Source of the DNA: Octopus vulgaris
Lineage: Eukaryota
NCBI GenBank assembly: GCA_951406725.2
Contig: OX597830.1
Span: 71,238,001 to 71,302,000, forward strand
Direction: 5' to 3'
Length of the DNA stretch: 64,000 nucleotides
Each line of letters begins with the position of its first letter. Position 1 is the first letter of the stretch. Shown here piece by piece: positions 12,641 through 25,629 of the stretch. The translations under genes were made by a program, and so were the position numbers. A model generated the notes under the pieces. It searched no databases. It saw only the letters and a program-made list of their open reading frames with translations, and was not told where the DNA came from.

Positions 12641-12830
12641 CATACCACGCGACAGGTGAAAATGAAAATCCGCGAAATATTCAGTACTGTACTGTATATT
12701 TAAAAAATTACTTTTATAATTTGTATATATTTATTCTATTATAAATGCAAAATAACACAAGGGATGAATCGACGTAAGCTTGAATACTAAATCGCGATAG
12801 GTGAACCGCGATTTGACAAGGGATTACTTT
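12641..12830 (+). mobile_element. Partial Tigger/pogo-like MITE
   Basis: Similar to 13532-13760; ends GAACCGCGAT..AGGGATTACT. Confidence 0.55.
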
Positions 12831-12834
12831 ATAT

Positions 12835-12889
<55 letters not shown>

Positions 12890-12963
12890 AATATATATAT
12901 ATATGCATATATATATATACATACAGACAGGCACGTACACAAAGACGCACACACATTTACACG

Positions 12964-13011
<48 letters not shown>

Positions 13012-13103
13012 CTTTCTCTTAAATGGCAGGAGTTAAGGATTCACTCCAAGTACCGAGTGTGCCAATGCACAAATCTCTCTGTAACAACTCTGTAAATATT
13101 ATT

Positions 13104-13177
<74 letters not shown>

Positions 13178-13217
13178 ATGAAATCATTTATAGAATATCT
13201 GTGAATATCTGTCTATG

Positions 13218-13275
<58 letters not shown>

Positions 13276-13491
13276 CCTATCTATCTATCTATCTATCTAT
13301 CTATGTATCTATCTATCTATCTATCTATTTGTCTCTCTATCTAGCTATTTATCTATCTACCTATCTATCTATCTACCTATCTATCTATCTATCTGTCGAT
13401 ATATATGTGTATATATATATACATGTGTATATATGTGTACATATTGTATGTATGTGTGTATTTATATATATATATATATGTGAATATGTGA

Positions 13492-13526
<35 letters not shown>

Positions 13527-13531
13527 AACAT

Positions 13532-13760
13532 GCATTATCCCTCGGTGTTTTTGGAACGTAACACCAGCGATAGGTGAAAATCTGCGAAGTAGAACGTACA
13601 CTGTACTGCATATTGCGTTTTATTATTTTTATAATTTGTAAATATTTATTTTATTGTAAATGCAAAACAACCCCACGAGGGAATCAACGTAAGCTTAAAT
13701 AATAAACCGCGATAGATGAACCGCGTTAAGTGAACCACTATATGGTGAGGTACTATTGCA
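13532..13760 (+). mobile_element. Decayed Tigger/pogo-like MITE
   Basis: Starts ATCCCTCG; shares GCGATAGGTGAA, AAATGCAAAA and ACGTAAGCTT blocks with 12641-12830. Confidence 0.55.
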
Positions 13761-14186
13761 TTCTCTTTCGTGCATGTGCTCTTTGTCGGTGTGTTTATCT
13801 ATGTGTGTCTATAAATACTTGATTTTTCTGAGTCTACGACACTGAATTATTTGAGTTATTTCCCTTACCTCATTTAGAAGAAAACAAAAAAAAAAAAACA
13901 TGAAGGAGAGATTAGGAATATTTTTCTTTCCATATTATTCGATATATGTAGTGTAAGCTGATATCGGAGTGAACTAAACTTACGACGACCTAGTGTTTGT
14001 GTGTGTAGGCTGTTCAGTGATGCAAATAGACAGGACACCAGTAACGAGACAGTGATCCCTTCGAAAATTTAAGGGCCTTTCAGAACGACAGTTTAACTGC
14101 AACTTCTGTCACGTTTTTATTATTATGACCCTAGACATTCCAAACTAGTTTAGAAAAACAAATTTTAGAGCCTTGTCATTATAGAC

Positions 14187-14187
<1 letters not shown>

Positions 14188-14281
<94 letters not shown>
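14188..14281. repeat. (TATC)n microsatellite
   Basis: Pure tetranucleotide run; similar runs near 13215, 41145 and 61193. Confidence 0.95.
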
Positions 14282-14282
<1 letters not shown>

Positions 14283-14890
14283 GTCTGTCTGCCTGCCTAT
14301 CTGTCTGAATATCTTCCTGCCTGCCTGTCTGTCTGCCTACCTATCTGCCTGTCTCTCTCTCCGTTCCTCTCTGTTTGCCTGCCTGTCTGTCTTTCTCTCT
14401 GTCTGTCTATATATCTATCTATCTGACTATCTATTTGTGTGTGTGTATGTGTGTGTGTGTATACATATACATATATGATTACATATGTGTGTGTGTACAT
14501 ATATAAATATGTGTGTATATGTATGTATATGTGTGGAGGATATGAAACTTTCATATTAGGATCCAACATTCGTTTCTGCATCACATACCAGCTTTAAGTT
14601 GCTATTTATATATTCATATAACCATTATATGGTTCTTTATAATTACGATATATTAAATTATTTTACAGCAATGCCAAATAATATTACGTGTACGATTGTG
14701 TGTGCATCTGATAATATTTCCTCTAACTATTGTATCATTTCAATAGAAATAATGATAATGATTCATATTTGTGAGAATGTGAGGAAGATAACATTCGAAC
14801 GATCCTTCACTATACTTTGAATAAATAAATCACTCGATTCATTAAACTGGACCATTAACGCACCCAAAATGCATATCTGAAACAACCGGA

Positions 14891-15560
14891 ACTTACTTTA
14901 CTTGACTTACTTGAGGCAACATTCACCTTGGGTGGGTTGAGTCGGCTTCTTCTACCACCCTCGAAGCATCTCGAAGAAGTTTCGAAGCAGTGGAAGAAGT
15001 TTCGTGGGAATATGAATTTCACAAGCGCTCCCCAACAATCCCGCTTGTAGAGACATCCTGTTTGCCGCAGATTGTCCGCGGACGCAGGGACAGAATGACC
15101 AAGGAGCCGCCTGTTGCCGAAACAGACACTCCGAGGATTTTCACCAGAGCTCCGTCTGTCGGGTTGTGGACCTAATAAAACTCGGTGTCAGACCAATCCG
15201 CCTTGGGTGGCCCTACCAGGAACCGAAGTTCCCGACGGCATAGCTCTAACACTACCTATTTCTTTACTACCCTCAAGGGGCTAAACACAGAGAGGACAAA
15301 CAAGGACAGACAAACGGTTTAAGTCGATTATATCGACCCCAGTGCGTAACTGGTACTTATTTAATCGACCCCGAAAGGATGAAAGGCAAAGTCGACCTCG
15401 GCGGAATTTGAACTCAGAACGTAGCTGCAGACGAAATACTGCTAAGCATTTCGCCCGGCCTGCTAACGTTTCTGACAGCTCGCCGCCTTACCTGACTCTA
15501 CCTGTTGCCAGCGTCCCCACTACGGTGAGGAGGGGATGGACTTTGGGGACGCAAGCAACC
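14891..15560 (-). mobile_element. Short non-autonomous RTE-derived element interrupted by a SINE
   Basis: Minus strand AGAGCTATGCCGTCGGGAACTTCGGTTCCTGGTAGGGCCACCCAAGGC resembles RTE 5' UTRs; (AAGT)n-like 3' tail; no ORF. Confidence 0.6.
15258..15487 (-). mobile_element. SINE family B copy nested in the RTE-derived element
   Basis: Matches 9748-9976; TACCT on both sides is a possible TSD. Confidence 0.85.
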
Positions 15561-16129
15561 GGAAGTCTATATATAATCTAAAACTAAACGTAGAAAGTCT
15601 ATTACTTATGTCTATTTGTGATAAATCACTGTAAAAGCACAACACCTTAACTCAGTAATGTAACCATGGATTTTTACTGTTGATGGACTTCAAATTTGGT
15701 TTTTTGATATCAAACCCGAGACCTTTTGTTAGCCTTGTGTATTTGTTTCTAGGCAAAAAAAGAAAATGACTCTCCCCAGACACAGCAGAATATGCTTCAA
15801 CACACGAACTCATAAAAAGAATCTTGCAAACCAAATCCCAAAACGAAACATTTCTAAAGATAGCTAAAGAAGTATTTTGCGTGTGTATGTGTGTATGTGT
15901 GTCTGTGTGTGTGTATAAGAGTACGTGTGTGTGTGTGTATAAGTGTACGTGTGTGTGTGTGTGTGCGTGCGTGTGTATGTATAAATTCATTTCTCAGTCG
16001 TTTTCGGTGTTCATGCACCAAAAGATACACATACTCACTCAAAAGCACACACGCACACACACATACACATACATACACATTTACATACACACTCGCACAC
16101 ACACACACACTTACACACACATACAAGTA

Positions 16130-16270
16130 TAAGGTTGTCCCAAAAGTTCGTAGAAAGTCTTGGAAAATAATGGTCTTTAATTTGAGGAATAATTTTTGTT
16201 GTTTTTGTTAGTATTTGGCGAGTAAAAATTCAATTTTCGCAAGTGTTTACGAACTTTTGGGACAACCTAA
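16130..16270. mobile_element. Mariner-like MITE
   Basis: TIRs AGGTTGTCCCAAAAGTTCGTA / TACGAACTTTTGGGACAACCT with TA on both sides. Confidence 0.85.
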
Positions 16271-16724
16271 TATATGTAAGCTTGAATCAAGATTATTTTC
16301 GTTGCTTTTTCAAGCCACAAAACTACACCTCAGTGTTCTATGGACGATCTGGGGAAAACGCAATTTCTCTCTCAGCTTCATTTTCATATCCTATGATTAA
16401 GGCTATTTGCCTTCTTTGCTGCCTTTACGGGCTCTTCTTCGTTCACGAACTCGATTGCTGCCGTTGTTTTCCCCAGATCATGGTGTTTCTAAAGCCTTTC
16501 ATGTTCCAGGTTGTGAGCGAATGCTGCGTGCAACTTGATATAAAATAAACAGGAATATTACGTCTGGAACGCCTTTGATTGTAGATGAACACGACGAGTG
16601 GGGATTAAATGTTAAAAATCAACACCAACAAGTCATTTAACTCCCCCAAAAAACGGTATAAAACACACCGTTGTAGATTTCAGTGGTAGTGTCATTAGGA
16701 ATGGTGTTGGTGGTAGCAGCAGCA

Positions 16725-16878
16725 GTAGTAGTAGTAATAGTAGTGGTGGTGGTGGTGGTGGTGGTGGTGGTGGTGGTAGTAGTGTTGTTGTTGGTGGTGG
16801 TGGTGGTGGCGGTAATAGTAGGTGGTGGTGGTGGTGGTGGTGGTAGTGGTGGTGGTGGTAGTGGTGGTGGTAGTGGTG

Positions 16879-16914
<36 letters not shown>

Positions 16915-16926
16915 GTTGTTGTTGTT
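16725..16926. repeat. Compound (GGT)n/(AGT)n microsatellite
   Basis: Source of the poly-V/G/S/H/P ORFs. Confidence 0.9.
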
Positions 16927-17221
16927 CACATCAGTTCTGATCGAGAGCAGATTTCTGGTCAAAGGAATTATCATCATGACTACCCACCACCTCTCTTGAA
17001 ACACGAGCCAGTTTTTTCCTAATTTCATCGTTATAAAACGGGACATGTAATTTGAAGATGGCGCAGTTACTATTTTCAGCAAATCGCAAGACCATATAGA
17101 GCAGGCCTCACCAACACGAATTACACTGCGGGTCACTTTAATCACAGAAAGCTTTTGTTTTTTTTTTGAGGGCCGCTTGTGTACTGACAGAATTGAAAGC
17201 ACTTTGCTTTCTCATACCATT

Positions 17222-17554
17222 GGATGGATGGAAGCTCGTGAAATTAACGTGTAAGTGGCTGAGCATTCCACAGACACGTGTACCCTTAACGTAGTTCTCG
17301 GGGATATTCAGCATGACACAGAGAGTGACAAGGCCGGCCCTTTGAAATACAGGTACAACAGAAACAGGAAGTAAGAGTGAAAGAAAGTTGTGGTGAAAGA
17401 GTACAGCAGGGATCACCACCATCGCTGCCGGAGCCTCATGGAGCTTTAGGTATTTTCGCTCAATAAACACTCACAACGCCCGGTCTGGGAATCGAAACCG
17501 CGATCCTACGACCGCGAGTCCGCTACCCTAACCACTGGGCCATTGCGCCTCCAC
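17222..17554 (-). mobile_element. tRNA-derived SINE family C (tRNA-Arg-like head)
   Basis: Head GGCGCAATGGCCCAGTGGTTAGGG...GGTTTCGATTCCC; 12-bp TSD TCTCATACCATT at 17210-17221 and 17555-17566; CCAT-repeat tail. Confidence 0.9.
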
Positions 17555-18610
17555 TCTCATACCATTATTACAATAATGAATGAATAATCGTTGATTTAAC
17601 ATGAAATATTATCATTGCAAAAACACTAGTATCTTTCTTTTTTCCATTTCCTTACAATCTTTTTGCTAAAATTTTTGCTAAATTTTAAAAAATGTTTGCT
17701 AAAATTTTTGCTAAAATTTTTGCTAAAATCTTTGTTTAAATAAATCCATTTCAAGAAAGTATCAAGTGTGCCGCAAGATAAAGGTCTACAGGCCACATGC
17801 GGTCCGCGGGCCTCAGGCTGGCCAGCCTTGACATAGAGGCTCATTCATTGTCTGCAATCCGTCTTTGATTTAATAAGACATTCTATTCACACACATATTA
17901 CGGGTTCCCTGCAACCGACCAAGGTTTTGTTTACTTGACATGCTAAACTCGTATCATTATATGATTATATGACTTGTCAAAGGAGATGAACTCAGTTGGA
18001 CTCAATAGAGATAATTAATTATTCAGCATATTGTTGATTAAGAAAACCATTTAGTAATTGATTTTAATTATCTTAGATTTATGAGGCAATTATCTATTGA
18101 TTAATAATAATACAACTGATTGATATGCTGATTATAACCAAACTGAACATCAACCGTTCCAATCAGCCCTGTCTCAGAGGACCTGCGACGGTATGGTGTA
18201 CTGGCTGTGAATTAACACACACATATAAGCATATATACATACAGTCGTACCTGCACACACATGCACACACACAAACACACACACACACACATACATACAC
18301 ACACACACACAAACGCACAGGCGCATTATCATATATATCAACTGAAATATACATGCATATATATACATGCATATATGTGTGTGTATGTATATATATATAA
18401 ACACAAATTCATTCATACATACATATATATGTATTGGAGTGTGTGTGCGTGTATGTGTGTGTGTGCGTATGTGTGTGTGTGTATAGGCTGTTGAGTCGTA
18501 CTAATTCTTGGAATAAAGATGGTATGGTTATCAATGGAACAATTTTGGTGTCAAAATTGCTGAATTAATATAAATATGTGTTTCCTTACATATGAATATA
18601 TATATACCTG

Positions 18611-19330
18611 CTGGGTGCGGTGAGTGTACTATCGCCATTTTATATTTTTAAATTTTTAATTTCTCGCATGCGCATTGTTTGTTTTGAATTTTGTCGACTA
18701 CACAGTATAGTAGGGTCAGTTGAGCACCGTCTGTGAGAAAAACGGCACCAATTCACGAGTAATGGCGACGTTTTGCCTCCATTCATCTTCCTACACGGAC
18801 ACAAACTAAACACGGAGGCCTACATAGAATACCTGGAGGAGGTTGTGCTGCCCTGAGTCAAGAGGGTGGCTGGTGGAAGACCCTATGTCTGACAACAGGA
18901 CTCTGTACCATGCCACACAAGCAGGAGAACCCAGTCATGGCTATCAGATAATTTCTGCGACCACATCACCCCTAACATCTGGCCACCTAACTCCCCAGAC
19001 TGCAACTCCTTTGATTATTATGTGTGGGGCGCAGTTGAGCGAGAGACCACCAAGATTCCTTGTGACACCAAAGATGAACTGAAGGCAAGGATTATGGCAA
19101 CATTCACCAACTTAGACAAGGAGACTGTCCAGAAGAGTTACAGGAGAGTTCCAAGTTGTCTGGAGATCGTGGTTGAAGCTAATGGCGATTTTATTGAATA
19201 AATTTACTCTTTAATATTTCAAGATATTTTTTATATAATTTTGGTAAATATATCTGTTAAAATGAGATGTCAGTGTTATTTTCATTTCTGCCTGCCTAAT
19301 TTAGACGACAGTTACTTCACCGCAGTCAGT
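18611..19330 (+). mobile_element. Internally deleted Tc1/mariner DD37D (maT-like) transposon
   Basis: QQDSVPCH...WPPNSPDCNSFDYYVWG with 37 residues between the last two catalytic Asp; in-frame stops; imperfect TIRs TGCGGTGA / TCACCGCA. Confidence 0.85.
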
Positions 19331-19349
19331 ATATATATATAGATTTGAT

Positions 19350-19413
<64 letters not shown>

Positions 19414-19429
19414 TTGAACACTATAAAAA

Positions 19430-20555
19430 TATCGTTTTTACAGGTCGTTCAGCAAAAAAGTAAACATTCATCTGTCGTCTTCGACGGGAGATTCTATCAT
19501 TGGTAAAGAACATTTTTGGAGTGGTCAACTTAATTCATTCAATTAGAGTATATTGACTTTTTAGTCGAAACTCGGGAGTTTTCTTGAAGTTCAGTATTCT
19601 GGTTGTGGTTCTAAAGGTTGATATATATTTTTTCAAGCATGCAGAGACCGAAACACATGTAATTGTATATGTGTTAGTGATTTTCACAAAATTACTTTTT
19701 CCTGGATGAGAAAACATATGTTTCTAAATTTTTATTGAAATCTTGCTTGAGTTCAAAACGTTCATTTTAATACTTTCTTGTTTTAAATCACTTCGCAGTT
19801 ATACCTATGTAATTAATGCCTTTGCAGTTTATGTTAGATTTTATTGAGCTGCATATATAACTGATTTTTCTAGCTCTAATTAACTGTGCATTCATTTCGT
19901 AAGTAGCTGAAGTATTTCAGTAATCTATTTGATATATCGAACTTTATCATAACTTTTATTAATGAATGTTAATGTTTTGGCAAAATTTGCTAATGTAGAA
20001 TAGAATATCTTGAGAGAGCTCGGATTAAGGTTGATGTTCATCCTTATGTCATTGTATTTAAAGGAAGGCTCGGGAGTTACGTATAAAATGAAAGTAACAC
20101 TTCCAATTATACTTATACCTGGCGAGCTTAAATTGATTGAAAACGGTGGATTATACAACATGGTCTTTCCATTACATCTCGTTCTATTCCGCTTGCATGT
20201 TTGTTCGAAATCTTCATAAGCTAGCCTATTTTTATATAACTCTCTACTTTCTTTAACGCTACTTCATCGTACAAGATTTTTCAAAGTTGTTTCCTGGAAC
20301 ACAGGGTGTATGATTAGAATTATTGACGATACACGAGATAGTGCCGTTAGCTTTAAAGTATGACTGAAATTTTTCATCAACGTTACATTAAAAAAATTAA
20401 CTATTTCGAAGTTACTACTGATCTAATTAATACTTATTGTAATCTTTAGTTTACAGAACAGATATTAATTTCCTCAGATATTTCTTGAATTTATATCTGC
20501 TGTCTGATTATATTTTTAATGATTAGCAACCCATCGTCTCTATAAATTACTCTGT
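19430..20555 (-). pseudogene. Decayed Penelope-like element ORF (RT C-terminus, linker, GIY-YIG endonuclease)
   Basis: In order on the minus strand: IYRDDGLL (core 20527-20544), IVNFFNVTL, NSNHTP, YNPPFS (20138-20155), LKIFYSTLAN, YIGITAK*FKTR (YIG 19803-19811), LCMLEKIYI; many stops and frameshifts. Confidence 0.8.
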
Positions 20556-20584
20556 TGATGGTGCTGAACCGATATTTTACAAAA

Positions 20585-21125
<541 letters not shown>

Positions 21126-21149
21126 GCATGATAGTTAACGAGCGAACAA

Positions 21150-22150
21150 TATAGTCCATTTAGATTTGAATTTTATATCTTTCTTGTTATGGACCTCTGG
21201 AGTGCTTCCACTTTCATAATGAGTTGCTTTGTATGAGGAGTACACAGTGGGCAACAGTACTCAAGGTATGGTCGGGCAAAAGTAGAGTAGTGAAGGATGA
21301 TGGTGTGGGCATCTCTAGACCAGAAATTTCTCAGAATCCAGGAACTCATCTTGCGGGCCAAGTCAACCTTTCTGTTTACGTGTGAACTCCAGCATAGATT
21401 GTTATCAACAATTACTCCAAGATGTCTGGTGTTGTTGGATGACAGTAGGGAATCGCCCGAGAGCATATGGTAATTTCAGAGTATCCTCTTTTGCAAAGTG
21501 GATCAAATCAGGCTTATCTTAATTTAGAAGTATATTGTTTTTTCCGCCCATTGTTCAACAGCAAACAGATCCAACTGAAGGCATGTTCGGTCTCCCATAC
21601 TGTTTATGGCTTTCTGGAGTTTGCAATCATCTGCAAAGATTTTCAATGAAGTCTGTTTGATGACGTCTACTATGTCATCGATGTAGATAATGGAGAGGAG
21701 TGGGCCCAACTCAGTACCTTTTGGGACTCCACTACCGACTTTGGTTGAACTGGATCGTATTCCCTCACACACAACATCTTGGGTTTTATTCGTCCAGAAA
21801 CACTTTATCCACTACATCAGCTTTCCACGGACTCCAATGTTGGACAGTTTCCCCTCTGTCAAATGCCTTGTGAAGTCAAGGTATATGACGTCAGTGTTGG
21901 AGCCCTCTCCCAAAGATTTTAAGGTGTCACCAAAATGGTGTAGAAGCTGCGACAGGCAGTCCCTGCCATCGCGGAAACCACGATGGTTGGGTTTCAGTAG
22001 ATTGTTGTCTTCGAGGAAGTGAGTTATTCGCGATTTCACCACCCTTTCAAATACTTTAATGCTATGAGAGGTGAGTGAAATCGGACGGTAGTTCATTGCA
22101 AGAAATTTACTTCCCTTTTTGAAGACTGGGACAACAGACTGGGAAAGAAA
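21150..22150 (-). pseudogene. Decayed RT fragment related to the LINE at 4857-7874
   Basis: ORF pieces NYRPISLTSH, DVIYLDF, GVPKGTELGPLL, IFADD, FARPYLEYCCPL are colinear with ORF2. Confidence 0.9.
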
Positions 22151-22221
22151 ATGATATGTTTCTCCAGAGCTCAGCAAAAAGGGTGCAATTTAATGCCGAC
22201 ACATCTTCACACACACACACA

Positions 22222-22433
22222 CGTCTTTCAGAATGTGACCTCGTGTGTACCGTTGGCGATTTTTTTCCTCAGTCTTCCCTTCTCTGGATCTTTCCTTTTC
22301 CTATGTTTCCGACGAAGAGCTCCGCTCGAAACGTTAAACCCTCCTTCTTTCCTTCTTTCGTGAGCGTCCAATAATACTATACCTGTTCCACATCCTCGCG
22401 TTGTTGTGTTTTTTTGTGTTTTCTTGTTTCGAT

Positions 22434-22438
<5 letters not shown>
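22222..22438 (+). mobile_element. ~215-bp hammerhead-bearing non-autonomous element, family H1
   Basis: Colinear with 37921-38130 and 48803-49018; motif at 22305-22339 GTTT-CCGACGA-A-GAGC-TCC-GCTC-GAAA-CGTT-AAAC. Confidence 0.75.
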
Positions 22439-22500
<62 letters not shown>

Positions 22501-22540
22501 ATATATATATATATAAATATATAAATATATATATGAATAA

Positions 22541-22585
<45 letters not shown>

Positions 22586-22616
22586 ATATACATACATACA
22601 TACATACATACATACA

Positions 22617-22650
<34 letters not shown>

Positions 22651-22722
22651 CATACATATATATATATATATAGAGAGAAAACTTACTTGGAAGAAGACGT
22701 GTGGCGTTCGATCATACATACA

Positions 22723-22796
<74 letters not shown>

Positions 22797-22800
22797 ACTA

Positions 22801-23290
22801 ATGTAGGATAAAATTTTTCGAAAAAAATTTTTTATCAATGGCCAGCATATCAAAAAATACCTTTAAAGGTTAAATTTATAAGTAACTTATAAAATAAGAG
22901 CAAAAGAAAAATTCGAATGCCAAATTTGCCGAAAAAAGACAAATTGTCGAATAACCATTATAATTTATGCGTCTCGAAACAAGCCGACAGAAATTTCTAA
23001 AAATTTTCGTTATTACCGTTTTGGTCCCAATTTCAGAGTTAATTCATAAGAATTTTCTCCTCCTCAGCGATAAATACGTAAGACATAAATGAAATACCTA
23101 CTCATACTCATGGAAAAAGCAAGCACTACGTCCCAGATATATCCAAAATAGAAAATCTTCAGCACATCTCGAGACACGTGTGATTCGAACTAGAAACTTT
23201 CACAGAGTGAGAGAGTCCGGAAGTGAACACTATTAAATTTACAAAATTTTATCCTACATTCGTCGTAGTCATTCTTGTTGCTTATTTTGA
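22801..23290 (-). mobile_element. PLE-like terminal remnant with short inverted ends
   Basis: ATGTAGGATAAAATTT (22801-22816) is inverted at about 23244-23259; contains a hammerhead fold; lies between microsatellites. Confidence 0.55.
23013..23073 (-). ncRNA. Type I hammerhead ribozyme fold, probably inactive (U16.1 to A)
   Basis: TTATCG-CTGAGGA-GGAGAAAATTC-TTAT-GAATTAACTCT-GAAA-TTGG-GA-CCAA-AA-CGGTAA; stems I, II and III can all be drawn. Confidence 0.7.
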
Positions 23291-23291
23291 T

Positions 23292-23336
<45 letters not shown>

Positions 23337-23340
<4 letters not shown>

Positions 23341-23580
23341 AGGCGCGTGGCTTATTAGTTAGGGTGTCAGCGTCATGATCGTAAGATTGTGGTTTTGATT
23401 CCTGGACCAGGCGACGCGTTGTGTTCTTGAGCAAAGCACTTCATTTCGCCTTGCTCCAGTCCACTCAGCTGGCAAAAGTGAGTAACGCTGCGATAGACTG
23501 GCGTCCCGTCCAGCTGTGGAACACATACACCATAGAAACCGGGAAACCGGGCTCATGTGCCTGGCTAGGCTTTAAAAGGA
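23337..23580 (+). mobile_element. tRNA-derived SINE family D (CORE/Meta-like body)
   Basis: Decayed box A/B head; TGTGTTCTTGAGCAAAGCACTT; GCGATAGACTGGCGTCCCGTCCAG; tail shared with 40682-40935. Confidence 0.7.
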
Positions 23581-24782
23581 CTCATTTTTTAAATTTATAT
23601 ATATATATATATATACGCACAGACACATACATATGCATGCATATCTCTATGTATATATAAGTATGTATGTATATTATTGTGCGTGTGCATATGCATGTGT
23701 GTATGCGCACGGGTGCGTGTAGTCGTGTTTATGTTTGACATCCCGTGTCAAACTTAGCGGTTCTGCAAAAGAGATTGAGCAATTAGCCAGTACCCAGCTG
23801 GTAAAAGAATGAATAAAAAATGTACAGGAGTCGATTCGCACGGCTAAAACCATTCAACGCATTGTTGTATTAGGGCTGCAGTCCAATAACTCAGACAAGT
23901 AAAATATAAAAGATGGTTTACATGAAGAATTTAGATTTTAAAAAAAAAAGAGAAATAACGGCCAAATTTGATAAGGTAACATATATTAAATACAGGCCGC
24001 TGGTTGTTTTTTAGCCGTTAGCACAACCTCGGGCGTGTTTCTGCCTTATTCGACTTCCTCGTCGAAGCTTCCTCAAAATGCAAGCGTGAAGCTATTACAA
24101 GAATAGAGAAGTACATAGGATAATTTGTGAATGCTCAGAATGCCTTAATAAGATATGCTATAAGGGAAATAGAAATAATATATTTCGAAATGGTATTTAC
24201 TCCCTTCTCTCTTTCTTTCTCTCTTACTCTCTTCCGTTCTCTTTCTCTCTCTATCTATCTCCACCTCTCCCATTCTTTCTCTGTCACAATTCATCAATAT
24301 TGTGCTAAATATCAGCCTATAGATGGCGACGTTATCAGCAAAGCTGCTATTGTATTTGACAAGATTGGCGGCAGTGACACACCTGCTCATAGCAGTCGAC
24401 TAAGCTGGACTGCCACGCCTTAAAGACCGCCTCTGTTCATGATAATAAATAAACGTACGGTGAATATACTGAGATTTGTACAGGATATTTGTTCAAAATA
24501 TATTTTAGCCATATAGTGTATGTTTTGAATTGAAAAATCTGGTTACAGAGACACATAAAATATACTTATGGGAGAATGCCGACTATGAAAATATATTGAC
24601 GATCTGAGGATAAAGACGAGCTTTGCAAAATAATAATTGTACAATTGTACATAAATGATGGTTGACTATAGGTAGGGGATAGAGAAAGAGCACAGGAATG
24701 AGAGAAAAAGAAATAGGTTAGGTTATCAATGCATAGCTAAAAGGATATTACTAATAAATAAGTAAATATATACATATATATG

Positions 24783-24822
<40 letters not shown>

Positions 24823-24849
24823 GAACATATTTATATGTGTGTATGTGTT

Positions 24850-24892
<43 letters not shown>

Positions 24893-25028
24893 GCATATTC
24901 ACGTATATATATATATATATTTATATAAACATATATATGTACACACACACACACATATACATATGTATGTATGTATATAAATAAATAATATATATGCATA
25001 TTCATATGTATATATAAATATATGCATA

Positions 25029-25064
<36 letters not shown>

Positions 25065-25217
25065 CATACACATATATAGATATATATATATACATGGTAC
25101 ATATATTTTATATATGTAAATACATTAATATTTAGCATATATATAAAATCAATATATGTTTGTAAATTACACATATATGTGTACAGGCATATATACTTAT
25201 ATATATATAGAAGTAGA

Positions 25218-25261
<44 letters not shown>

Positions 25262-25429
25262 GATGTGAGTGTGTATGTGTGTGCTTGTGTGTATGTGTAT
25301 ACGTGGCGCAGTAGTATATGGCTTTTGTCCTAAATCTTTTTCACTATGATGAATGGAATCATCAGAAAAGTTAATATTTTAAAATTTCTAATGTCTTCAT
25401 GTACACACACACACACACACACACACAGC

Positions 25430-25475
<46 letters not shown>

Positions 25476-25629
25476 GTGTGTACATATATATATCGCTATA
25501 TATATATATATATTCTTTTATTTGTCTTGATTATTTGATTGCGACCATGCTAGGGTACCGCCTCCAGTTGAACAAATCGACCGTAAGACTTATTATTTGT
25601 AAGCCTAGCACTTATTCTATAGGTCCCGA

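Noticed and set aside
19788-19790. In-frame TGA in the PLE GIY-YIG region as selenocysteine
   Set aside because: It is not at an expected Cys position and the relic has many other stops; simple decay is more likely.
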